The notes under the pieces were generated by a model, which was given only the letters and a program-made list of their open reading frames with translations, was not told the origin of the DNA and made no database searches. From positions 38,006,001 to 38,070,000 of the forward strand of contig NC_083231.1 in assembly GCF_032191835.1 (NCBI RefSeq): a stretch of 64,000 nucleotides of DNA. Reading direction: 5' to 3'. A program made the position numbers and the translations under genes. How positions within the stretch are numbered: position 1 is the stretch's first letter; every line of letters begins with the position of its first letter. This document shows positions 23,884-35,378 of the stretch, piece after piece. The stretch comes from Heteronotia binoei. Its lineage: Eukaryota.

Positions 23884-25648
23884 ATCCAGTCCAACACTGT
23901 GTCACACAGTGGCAAAAAAATTTATATATACACACACACTGTGGCTAATAACCACTGAAGGACCTGTGCTCCATATTTTTATCTAAACCCCTCTTGAAGG
24001 TGGCTATACTTGTGGCCGCCACCACCTCCTGTGGCAGTGAATTCCACATGTTAATCACCCTTTGGGTGAAGAAGTACTTCCTTTTATCCATTTTAACCTG
24101 TCTGCTCAGCAATTTCAACGAATGCCCACGAGTTCTTGTATTGTGAGAAAGGGAGAAAAGTACTTCTTTCTCTACTTTCTCCATCCCATGCATAATCTTG
24201 TAAACCTCTATCATATCACCCCACAGTCGACGTTTCTCCAAGCTAAAGAGTCCCGAGCGTTTCAACCTTTCTTCATAGGGAAAGTGCTCCAGCCCTTTAA
24301 TCATTCTAGTTGCCCTTTTCTGGACTTTCTCCAATGCTATAATATCCTTTTTGAGGTGCAGCGACCAGAACTGCACACAGTACTCCAAATGAGACCGCAC
24401 CATCGATTTATACAGGGGCATTATGATACTGGCTGATTTGTTTTCAATTCCCTTCCTAATAATTCCCAGCATGGCGTTGGCCTTTTTTATTGCAAACGCA
24501 CACTGTCTTGACATTTTCAGTGAGTTATCTACCACAACCCCAAGATCTCTCTCTTGGTCAGTCTCTGCCAGTTCACACCCCATAAACTTGTATTTGTAGC
24601 TGGGATTCTTGGCCTCAATGTGCATTACTTTGCACTTGGCCACATTGAACCGCATCTGCCACGTTGACGCCCACTCAGCCAGCCTCAACAGATCCCTTTG
24701 GAGTGCCTCACAATCCTCTCTGGTTCTCACCACCCTGAACAATTTAGTGTCATCCGCAAACTTGGCCACTTCACTGCTCACTCCCAACTCTAAATCATTT
24801 ATGAACAAGTTAAAGAGCATGGGACCCAGTACCGAGCCCTAAGGCACCCCACTGCTTACCATCCTCCACTGCGAAGACTGCCCATTTATATTCACTCTCT
24901 GCTTCCTATTACTCAGCCAGTTTTTGATCCACAAGAGGACCTGTCCTTTTACTCCATGACTCTCAAGCTTTCTAAGGAGCCTTTGATGAGGAACTTTATC
25001 AAAAGCTTTCTGGAAGTCAAGGTAAACAACATCTATCGGGTCTCCTTTGTCCACATGTTTGTTCACCCCCTCAAAGAAATGTAACAGGTTAGTGAGGCAA
25101 GATCTTCCCTTGCAGAACTCATGCTGAGTCTTCCTCAATAACTCATGTTCATCAATGTGCCTGCTCATTCTGTCCTTGATAATGGTTTCTACCAACTTTC
25201 CCGGTATTGAAGTCAGACTGACTGGCCTGTAATTTCCCGGATGCCCTCTGGAACCCTTTTTAAATATGAGGGTGACATTTTCTACCTTCTAGTCCTCAGG
25301 AACGGAGGCAGATTTCAATGAAAGATTACAGATTTTTGTTAGAAGATCCACAAGTTCAACTTTCAATGTTTTCGCACTTACCTTATTCCGGAGCGACGTC
25401 CCTCTTCACCGCGCAGCGTCTGCGTGGATTTCGCACTACTTGCTCCGCAGAACCCGGAAGTCCCGCGGCTTTTGCGTCGCAAATGTAAACTGCCAAAAAC
25501 CAGTTTACATTTGCGACGCAAAATTTGCAGGACTTCCGGATTCTGCGGAGCAAGTAGTGCGAAATCCGTGCAGACGCTGCGTGGTGAAGAGGGACGTCGC
25601 TCCGGAATAAGGTAAGTGCGAAAACGACCTTTGAGTTCTTTCAGGGTT
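23884..25648 (-). mobile_element. 5'-truncated CR1 LINE (ORF2 RT 3' part, one frameshift near 24830)
   Basis: ORFs 24839-25195 and 23945-24820 contain YLDFQKAFD, SGVP, KFADDTKL, RSHLEYCVQFW, KYFFTQRV. The extreme 3' tail is missing. Confidence 0.93.
25364..25629. mobile_element. 266-bp fold-back MITE, PIF/Harbinger-like
   Basis: Near-perfect palindrome 25368-25625 with ends GTTTTCGCAC / GTGCGAAAAC. 3-bp TSD TTT; removal restores contiguous CAACTTTGAGTTC in the host CR1. Confidence 0.8.
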
Positions 25649-25649
25649 T

Positions 25650-25930
25650 TTTTTTTTTTGGGGGGGGGGTTTCCATATTTTTATTACCCAGTAGTTACAC
25701 TAACTAATGTATAAATAATTATACTCTCTTTCCTTAAAAACAAAACAAAAAACTCAGAAACAACAGCAACAGAACTGCGGCCTTATTGGTACTAGGAATA
25801 ATATTTCAATTCATACTACACAAAGAATTAGGAACTATCCATAGATATCTACTACTGATCTAACTAGCTATAAGCCAAAGGATCATATAAGGGTATTAAA
25901 ATAATATGGTTAAGTTCAGTAATCCCCCCC
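25650..25930 (-). mobile_element. Possible LINE (L1-like) 3' end with poly-A tail
   Basis: Poly-T run at 25647-25659 followed by AT-rich sequence resembling the reversed 3' end at 28900+. Confidence 0.35.
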
Positions 25931-26744
25931 CACCGCAATGTATATACATATCTAGGAAAATATGGAACTAGAACTTTCAATAGATTCAAGAAGGAATGTG
26001 TTCAAGGTTAGAAATAAGACGTGGCATGGTTTTAATTTTCCATATTTCCCCATAATACTGAACTCCATATCAGTGAAGAATGTAACCTCTATACTGGCAC
26101 CAGGTAAGTCCAGAATGATGGAATGAACTTGATTTCACTAGGGTCTGTTTTTCCCTAGGAAGCAAGTTGATTATTATTTCCTTTGAAGGAGAAAATATAA
26201 TGACAGATGGAGATAGAAGTCCATGTAATAATTAGATGAAGTGTTGATGGTACCCTTCAAGAAACTTTATGTTCTGTAAAAGATACAAAAGTCAGCACAA
26301 CACAAGTTAGAATCTCTTGCAGAAATGATGAGTACAGTGGCACACTAGAGGACTTCCTTCATTAAAACCTATGCTTTAAAAATAACATCAGTCTATGAGA
26401 CTTCAGTGCAGTTGACTGCCAGATACCAGTTTACACTATCAGATGTTAAGAACGGCAAAGCATTTATATGAACTGTTTCTTTTCAAAGACTGGTTCCTTA
26501 ATTTTGAAAAAAAATATCTGTTTTTAATGTCAATGATAAATGCTATTAGTTGCAGTATTTTATTTATTTATAAATTCAGTTTATATAGCATCCTTCCCTG
26601 AGTTCACTGGGCTCAGGGCAGCTGACAACAAAAAACCAATATAACAATAATATAACATAAAACTAAGAATAAAACAGGTATGTTAAAGAACATCAAATGG
26701 AACCAAAATAAATACAACATGTATTATTGATGGTGAAGATGGTG

Positions 26745-26850
26745 AGCTGGAGACCAAGTCCTATGAGTAAAGGCTGAAGGAGCTCGGTATGTTTAGCCTG
26801 GAGAGGAGATGATTGAGAGGTGATATGATAACTATCTAAGAGAACTTGAG
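26745..26850 (+). mobile_element. CR1 fragment
   Basis: CTGGAGACCAAGTCCTATGAG..AGGCTGAAGGAGCT..TTTAGCCTGGAG, same family as 61690-62210. Confidence 0.7.
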
Positions 26851-28899
26851 AGAGAAAGTGGGAGAAAGCAATTGTGTGTGGGGGAGAGAGAGTGCTAGAT
26901 AAGATGGTAACCGTTACTGTCCAGTTGAGGTTACGAAACATTTCCATGTTTCTTTACCAAATAAGAGAATTTAGATTATTTTAATTAACTATTTCAACCA
27001 AATTATATGTTCATTCTCTCTCTTTTTTACTCTGTTTCCCCCAAAGTGTACGGAGATTAATCTTAATTAATTACATTCTTTGTGGACCTACCCTATGCTA
27101 AAATGGTTACAAAAAAGAAAGCTAGGTATAAGCAGAGATAACAATCAGTAACTTGTGTATGTGATATTGGCAACAGTCCACAGAGACTGGATTCAAAATC
27201 CATTATGCTCATTTATGTCCAGGGTTCAGTGCAATATGGCAAGCAGACAAAATAAACTCTAGGCAGCAGCATCTCTACACATAGGCTTACTATGTTCTGT
27301 CTGAATTTTGGGATACCTTTTGGAATGTCTCAGTTTACATACGATTTAGGTGGATTTAGTAATGTAAACAAGAGAAGAAAGCACGGCTTCAACAAAACTA
27401 CCATTTAAAACATAAATAACTGAGTAGACTATTTTTCATTTGCCCTTCAGTGGGGGCCGACAATGATTTATTTAAAGTATCACACTATGACTAAAGCAAA
27501 CATCACATTCAATTGTATGGTTAAGTTTTAGAAGGATAAAATAAGGATTCAGTTTTCCAGCCAAAGCAACCTTCATGTAATGCTCAGATCTATAGGAGGA
27601 CATTCCACAGGAGCATGGAACTGTCCGTCTTCTATTTACAGTCCACTAAATCCATTTGCAACTACTAGATTATCTTTATGGAATGTGGACAGTAAATACA
27701 GAGTTCCTCTGAAACGTGTTAGTGGTGTTTTCAGAGCTTCAGGAAACATGCACCTTTATAACACCTGTTTTTGTCACTTGTGATACCAGTTGCTGACAAA
27801 TTTCCACTAAAATATGCATTTTTTGGTTAATAGATGGGGAGAGGCTACTTCTTGCTTAAGAGAACCACAAGAAGGCAAATACAAACTCAAGGACTAGCCT
27901 CCAAGACAATGTAGATGCCAGCTCTGTCCAGGCCAGTTTGGCCAGTTTGATCTTCTCAAATGACAGTATGACAGGAGTCGGCTACCTTGCCAATATCAAC
28001 TGGGTTCATTTCCAGCAGATTATCTAATGTGATATATGTTATCATGTGCCATCAATGAAATTCTGCTATTTACACTAACTAGATTAGACAGATTAGACAG
28101 TCTCCATATCTGGGAACTCTTGGAACTTTTTCATAAGCAGCTTTGGGTCTCTATGGGGACAAAAGTGGCCTAAAAATGGTAAAACACATAAATGCTATCC
28201 TGTTAGAACACTGCAACCTGCATAGTGGCACAGTTCTCCCAAGGTAATAGCCACTTACCACAAACATTTTCCCTCTGTAAACAGGGAAATGCTTGTGGCA
28301 AAAATAATGCCAGAAATCTACTGATTTCCCTACAGGGATTCTTTTTAAAAATCCTAGACAATATAATTTTAGAGTTTAGCTCTAGAATTGCAATTGCAGC
28401 TACTGCCCGTTTCAAAAGGTCACTTTAGATGTACACAAATACATTTGCTATGTGGGACGGAGATTCAGCAAAGTCCCTGAATACTTACCTTAGATCCTGA
28501 TCTTGACAGTGGTCTTTCAAAGTCTAGAATGAGTATATCTTGAATAGCCTCGTAAGGGCAGGGAAAGGATAGAACATCCAGATCTTTATTATCATATTAA
28601 GAGTTGCCAAAGCAGCATATGCAGGTCAGGAGTACAGTATTGGATCTCCCATTATATCTAGCATAAAGTAAGGAAAAGCTGAACAGCGTTTTGTGTGTCT
28701 GACATGGGATACCACTCTATTTATGTTGCAAGACTTCAACACAGAATACGACTGTTGAAATAACTTTACTTGTTATTTTTGGTAGGATGACAAAAATAGG
28801 TTCTCTATGTTTTAAAAGTTCTATTAAGTAACCCCCCTCCAGCTCCACAAATTCATTGAAATGAAAATGAACCAAATAAATCTTATTTTACCCACCTTA

Positions 28900-29690
28900 C
28901 TTCGGTTAAAACAATTTTATTTGGTAACATATGGTAACAAATTATAATTCTTGCATCATTAATAACTTCTTTTATTTATCCCATATATTACTTTCTACCC
29001 ACCCCTCCCCCCGTTACTTGACCCCTGATGGTGTTATTTACTTAAAATACTAATATTTAAAAATACCCTTAACTAATAAAAACAAAAATTAATATTCTTC
29101 TTTTATCTAAAACTTAATCATTATCAAAAATTGTCCAATGTCCTTTTATTTTCCACTCTTTTTCTACATATCTTCTGAACTTTTCCCATTCCATCTTAAA
29201 AACTTCTAAATCACAGTCTCTTAAAGTTCTTGTTAACATGTCCATTTCACTCCATGTCATAACTTTTACAATCCAATCCCGTTTCTCTGGTATTTTTTCT
29301 TTTTTCCACAACTGTGCATATAATGTCCTAGCAGCTGAAAGCAAGTACCAAATTATAGTTCTAGCTTCTTTTGGAAATTTTTCCATTTGTAATCCCAACA
29401 GAAAAGTCTCTGCAACTTTCTTAAATTCATATCCCAAGATCTTAGAAATTTCTTGTTGAATCATCTGCCAATACTTTTTTGCTCTTTCACAAGTCCACCA
29501 CATATGGTAGAAAGAACCTTCATGTTTTTTACATTTCCAACATCTATCTGGCATCTTGTTGCTCATCTTTGCCAATTTTTTAGGAGTCATATACCATCTA
29601 TACATCATTTTAAAACAGTTCTCTTTAATACTATGACACGTCAAAAGCTTCATAGAATTCTTCCACAATACTTATTTTACCCACCTTACT
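28900..29690 (-). mobile_element. L1-clade LINE 3' end (ORF2 C-terminal cysteine-rich domain + 3'UTR)
   Basis: ORF 29114-29668: MYRWYMTPKKL..RCWKCKKHEGSFYHMWWTC (zf-RVT-type CCHC), followed by a 3'UTR. Confidence 0.88.
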
Positions 29691-31775
29691 GAGAGATATA
29701 CAAGTGAAATAATCTTGAGATAGTACATTTAAGACGTAATCAGGAAAGCTTCATAAGGATTTGGATAAATCTGAAGCATGCAGAGAAGTCACATTTTTAA
29801 TTGCGTCTGTTTTAGTACCAATTTCAGTTAAATCACTGCTATGTTTTGTTAAAACGTTTCAGATAACTGAGCTTAATAGGACAAAAGAAAAAGACATTAC
29901 ATATGTATAAATGGTGCCAAATGTAGATTCGAATCAGAACAACAAAGAACTATAATGATCAGGCATTTCAAAGGAAGTTACAAGTCCTAACAGATAATGA
30001 ATGGACAAAGGAGAATAAGTTATACCATTAATCACAAGCACTAGAAAACACAAAACACTAAAATCCAACCCTCAATTTACAACCCTCTTGTAAACCCAAT
30101 TATTATTCTAAATCTCATAAGGATTTTCTTTGGAAATTGACGTTCTAGTTTATTTTAAAATATTGATAAATATGTTTTAAAAGATTTAAAAATGTGCAGT
30201 GTTCACTTGTTCACATGGTCATAACAGAACCCAAAGGACAGGTGACAATCTAAGCAATGAGCCAAGATCACAAGCCGTATACCGTTATCAGGGCTTTTCC
30301 GCACCAGACTTTTGCTCCAGCTTGGCTTTTTAATGGCATTGGTTTTTCTCCTCCTTTACACACAGCATCATTTATGGGTCCTTCCTTCCAGATTTTTTCC
30401 TGTGTTTTTTCAGACTAAAACAGTGGAAACCAACTATAGAGTACAAATGATACTGTATGTAAGAGAGGGGGGAAATCGATACAGTTAAGAAGCCAAGTTG
30501 AAACTGAAATATGGTTCAGAAAAGTCCTGTCTAGTCTGGGATGAAATTCCAGTTCTATTACGTATCCTGCTTGAACTTACCACACCACAGTAGTATTTAT
30601 TTATTTAAAATATTTATATGCCACTTTTCTCCTACTTCATAGGACCCAGAGTCCTTTAAAATCACAATCCAAAATTCAAATACATCTAGATATCTTAAAC
30701 TAATACTGACAACAGGGTTGGCATGTCCATTAGGCAGCCTGAGGTGGCTGCCTGGAGTGAGGCCGTGGGGCGACGGTGCTGGTTTTGGCACTCCCACCTG
30801 CCCTTGCCTCTGAGGCGAGGGAAATAGTGAAATCAGTGGTGCCCACCACCAGGCTTCCAGGCTCAGTGTGCACAGATGCTGCTTGCTCCCCATTGCTCCA
30901 CCTCTCGTGTCATAAATGAGGTTATAACTTGGTGATGTGTACTGGTGATATTTGTTTTGTATTTTGATACTTATTATTTTACAAGTCAAAATTGTATTTT
31001 ACACGGAGAGTTCTTTCTTTTTGTTTTGGCTTAGTCTCTCCTCTGTGGTCCTGTCAACACTCTAAAAGTTCAAATAGCTACTGAACTGGAAATTAAGTTT
31101 CATAAGCCATGAAAAAGCAAAAAAAAAAAAAAGTATGGGGAGTCCTTCAAAATCTTTCTTCATAATCATTCTGCAGCATAGACAGGCCTCTTCCTAACCC
31201 TACCATTAGGCAGGACATAATTTGGACAACCATTTAAAAAGTAAGAAATTTTCAATTGTTTACTATATTACTACATTTTCCCACCATGAGAGGCACCATT
31301 TGGATTTTCTGCTTCAGGCACTAAAATATCTTGGTCTACCTCTCCTTCCAGGTTGGCAAAAGTCTAAAGGTCTCTTCATTGGTAGGTTTGGAATGAGGAT
31401 GAGATCTTCAAAGGTACAAGAAAATGCCAGTAAGATATTAGCAATGCTGTAAACAGACTTACTCCGACACAGCAGAGGAAAGGGTTACTCTCAGTTCCAC
31501 TAATATAATGAACATTTTCACAAAAAAAGAAGCATTGCTAGCAGAATGACAACAGCTCACCACTTGAAGTTATGAACAGTAAGTAAAACTTTCTCAGCTG
31601 CCCCATGTAAAGATTTTAATTCTAAAACAATTAGTTTATTTCCATTTGTTTCCTGTACTTGATGCATGCTTGCAGATTCCTATACATCATGCATGCTTGA
31701 AGGCCAAACTAGATGATAGCACATCTCTGAGTCTACCATCAGACACAGCACCATTTTAGATCCATTTTTAAAAAC

Positions 31776-32063
31776 GGAGAGCCAGTTTGGTGTAGTGGTT
31801 AAGTGTGAGGACTCTTATCTGGGAGAACCGGGTTTGATTCCCCACTCCTCCACTTGCACCTGCTAGCATGGCCTTGGGTCAGCCATAGCTCTGGCAGAGG
31901 TTGTCCTTGAAAGGGCAGCTGCTGTGAGAGCCCTCTCCAGCCCCACCCACCTCACAGGGTGTCTGTTGTGGGGGAGGAAGGTAAAGGAGATTGTGAGCCG
32001 CTCTGAGACTCTTCGGAGTGGAGGGTGGGATATAAATCCAATATCTTCTTCTTCTTCATCTTC
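31776..32063 (+). mobile_element. tRNA-derived SINE
   Basis: A box TGGTGTAGTGG and B-box-like GGTTTGATTCCC, body, (CTT)n tail. Confidence 0.8.
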
Positions 32064-32509
32064 AAAAAAGGCCTAAGGGGCCTTTTCCTGCTGGTGCTAA
32101 TGGTGCTGAGGTGGAGGGAATAAAAGGATCCTGTCTCCGCCTGGCCAGTTTTTAAAAGCTGAAACAGCCAAATGGCTGTTAAACAAACAAAGCCTTGGGG
32201 GAGACAGGAACCCCCATACTCCGCACAATGATCTCCAGCAAGATCAGGCCCCTGTAGCATTTTTTTATTGTTAAAATGATCTAAAATGGCTCCACAACCT
32301 ATAGTGGACTCAGTATCATCTAATTTGGCCCTAAGTTCTATAGTCTTGGGATAATAATTAGAAAGATGCTTGAAAAAAATGAGTAACAAGCTTTCTCCCT
32401 AAAGTTGCCATGCATTGTCAAATAAAAGTATTTCCCATACTTTCTTCTGTCCATATGGACCATATGTCACATGGGTGGTCTTCGATAAGCTGATAAGTAT
32501 AATCAGAGG

Positions 32510-32680
32510 TCATTTTGTAGAAAAATAGGTGGTGGAGATCATCCAGGGATTGTTATGCAGCTGCACCTACTATTCAGTGGAAAAGGAGGTGGAACTCTAA
32601 GAAGGAGGATCTGGAATTCTCAGAAAGGTTCAGGAGCTGTGCTCCTGTGAGCTCCCACTGAATCCGAGGTCTGAGTATAA
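32510..32680 (+). repeat. Short interspersed repeat, second copy at 51440-51612
   Basis: Shared TTTGTAGAAAAATAGGTGGTGGAG..GGTTCAGGAGCTGTGCTCCTGTGAGCTCCCACTGAAT. Confidence 0.75.
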
Positions 32681-34708
32681 TACTATGAAGCTTGTTGCAT
32701 CCAGCTTACTCTTCCTCTAATATACTTTAATAGTCCCTTCTTATCAAGTAAATAGTTGTAAAAAATGTTTTGTTCCTGGCTGTTGTTTCTACCACATCTG
32801 CATCTTTCTCCCCTACTTTAAAACAAATGTTTAAAACATAGCCCTTTTAAGAAAATGAGTGCTCAAGCATTCAAATACAATGTAAGAAAGCCATGGAAAA
32901 TACTTTCTGCCTTTAAGATGGCCGATTCTCTCTCTTTGTCTTTTTAATAGGGAAAAATGAAGAAGATGTGTAATTTCTTTTTTCAGTGTTGGACCCTCTT
33001 TTATTTACTGAGTATAATAGTGGCCAAATCATAATTTATTTTCTCATTCAACTGCCATCTATAACAATAATTTAAAACCAGCTAATAAACATTAGAGTTT
33101 GTTAGAACTGCTACCGATTAGATCTTAAGTGTCTAAAATGTACAAATATAAAGAGAATGTAATTAGAGCTATTTAAAGAACCCATTTTTAACTTAGATTA
33201 ACCATACTTTCCATTTGCCTCAGATAAACACTCATAAATGAGTGCTAAGCAAGAAGCAATTACTTCAGTTTAAAATATTAATACATGCTTCCTTTTAAAA
33301 AGCCTTGGAAAATCACTTATGTACTGTACAATGCAATCTTAGTTCATGTTGAGAAAGAAAACCGGATAGAATCCTAAGCTTCAGTCATCTTTGAGGTTGA
33401 GGTTGCTTTTTGTCATTTAGAAGCCAATTAAACTCACTTCTCTAATTAGAGCTCTCAAAATAATCTTTACAAAATAAAACAAAATTGGACATTTAAGCTA
33501 TATTAGAAAAAGAAAAGCGCACTTCAAAAAACAGTTCATGAAATGGCAACTTCCACAATGTTAATTCTCAGTAATAACTGAGACAAGCTAAAAGCACAGT
33601 CTTAATGGCTGACATGTGGCAGGCTAAATCTGGAAGGGAAATTGCTGTAGACTTCTAGCCTGTCCTAACTACATGGCACTAAAGCATTGCCTAGAAACAC
33701 AACACGCAATACTACATATATAATAATACAATGTGTTGCTTGTTGAATATTAAACCATGAATGAAATAATAAGGCCTTTTCTGCATTACAGTTCAAAAAA
33801 CAAAACAAAACCCAACCACAGTAATAATGTCTAGAGAATTCAACTAAGCTGAAAATATATTAAACATTTTGTACTTCTAAAAAAAAATATGACAACATTT
33901 GAAACATTTATCTCATATCCATATGTGCGGATGTATGCTAAAAAAACTCCCTCCAACTTAGAACTATACATTCTGGGTAAAGACTGAAAGTGTATTTAAT
34001 AGGTTGGATCCAGTCAGACTTTCCACCCAGTCACACTCAGTTCCCCTTGTTGTTACACTGCCTGTATCACAAAGCTTTTGTCTCTGCAAGTCCCATAGTC
34101 TTTTGAATGGTCAAAGGGAAATCTTTTATCTCTTTTTCAACAGCAGAAAAGCTGGATGAATTCAAGCCAATGTATTAACAACTTCAGAGAAGACCAACCA
34201 GTGGCTTTACTATTTCATACCAGTCTCCAAATTAGAATAAGTAACTGACACATCACATAATATAGTCATAAGATTCCAGTTAGTGCTGTTTTATGCCAAA
34301 ATCACAATTGTCCCAATCCAGCAACAGCTGATACAGTAGCAGTAGTTCTCACACCCGTACCCCTAGCAGGATAAATTACTACATATGCTAACAAACTGGC
34401 ATGGCTGTTTGTCTTTTCCACTAAGCAGTAACAACTATCAGATGTTTGGGGAATGCTTAGCTTAGCTCTCTGCTCTCTCCCTCATTTCTGCTAAACAGAC
34501 ACAATTACAGCTTTTGAAGTGGACTCCAGGTGTGCAGCCCTGCACACAATTGGATTCTGACCAATAACAGTGGCATTCCATTGTGGATTGTGCTAAGAAA
34601 TGATGGTTGTTGTTGTTGATGATGATTATGTAATTCATAGCCCACTCTTCCAAGAACTCAGTTTGCATACGGTTCTTAGGTGCTCTCTGATCCAGACAGT
34701 TAAATGAG

Positions 34709-34881
34709 NNNNNNNNNNNNNNNNNNNNNNNNNNNNNNNNNNNNNNNNNNNNNNNNNNNNNNNNNNNNNNNNNNNNNNNNNNNNNNNNNNNNNNNNNNNN
34801 NNNNNNNNNNNNNNNNNNNNNNNNNNNNNNNNNNNNNNNNNNNNNNNNNNNNNNNNNNNNNNNNNNNNNNNNNNNNNNNNN
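34709..34881. other. Assembly gap (173 N)
   Basis: Run of N. Confidence 1.
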
Positions 34882-35113
34882 GTCTTCAGGCCATTCTCTG
34901 GGCACCAGCTTTGTTTACAGTTTATATTCCAAGAACAGTGATGTAGTCTATACTTTACCATACAAAGGGCTCCTCTTCAGGAGTTCTTTTCTCCCAAATT
35001 AATGTTAGCATTCTGAATAGCTGAGCATGTTCTGAAGACTGAACTACTGTCTTTCACACTCCATTTATTTGTTTCAGCCCACTTGAAACTTGAAATATTG
35101 AAAGAAGCAGGAT

Positions 35114-35214
35114 CGCCGCGGATTTCGCACTAATTGCCACAGAGCACCTGGAAGAGCCGGAAAGTCCCGCGGCTTTTGCGGCGCAAACGGAAACCACCAA
35201 AAACCAGTTTCCAT
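35114..35214. mobile_element. Internal half of a Harbinger-like fold-back MITE, no TIRs
   Basis: GGATTTCGCAC..GTCCCGCGGCTTTTGCG..AAAAACCAGTTT matches the left arm and centre of 25364-25629. Confidence 0.7.
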
Positions 35215-35218
35215 TCGA

Positions 35219-35378
35219 GGTATTGAGCAAATAATACCAGCTCTGCTCCACAAGACAGTGTTGTTTGGAACAGCAAGAATTCTTCGAAGATACATCTTCA
35301 GTTCCCCAGAACTTGGATAGATCTCAAATTGCAGAACACCATCTACTAGTAAAATATCTGACTGAGACAATGCTTAAT
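35219..35378 (+). mobile_element. R4/Dong-clade non-LTR retrotransposon 3' end
   Basis: 35219-35320 translates GIEQIIPALLHKTVLFGTARILRRYIFSSPELG*, like the R4 C-terminal 'QKa.LLGtARIlR' motif, followed by a short 3'UTR. Confidence 0.65.

Larger units (their letters stand above)
21655..23885 (+). mobile_element. L1-clade LINE 5'UTR + ORF1, 3' part missing
   Basis: 5' GACTTCCGG..AAGATGGC start typical of squamate L1, long 5'UTR, then ORF1. Confidence 0.8.
22764..23885 (+). pseudogene. L1 ORF1p (coiled coil + RRM + CTD), interrupted
   Basis: Removing 22832-23200 and one TSD copy restores one frame from ATG 22764 (MSNQKLG..KQVQEQLDAMEV..). It has two in-frame stops, then LRGVPE..DYVYRV..KLPRDVVVKF..RYRWISPEGLSF. 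Confidence 0.85.

Noticed and set aside
31776-31850. tRNA gene
   Set aside because: A/B boxes only, no full cloverleaf; it is a SINE head.
34462-34961. ORFs crossing the N-gaps (also 45129-45818)
   Set aside because: Artefacts of translating through N runs.
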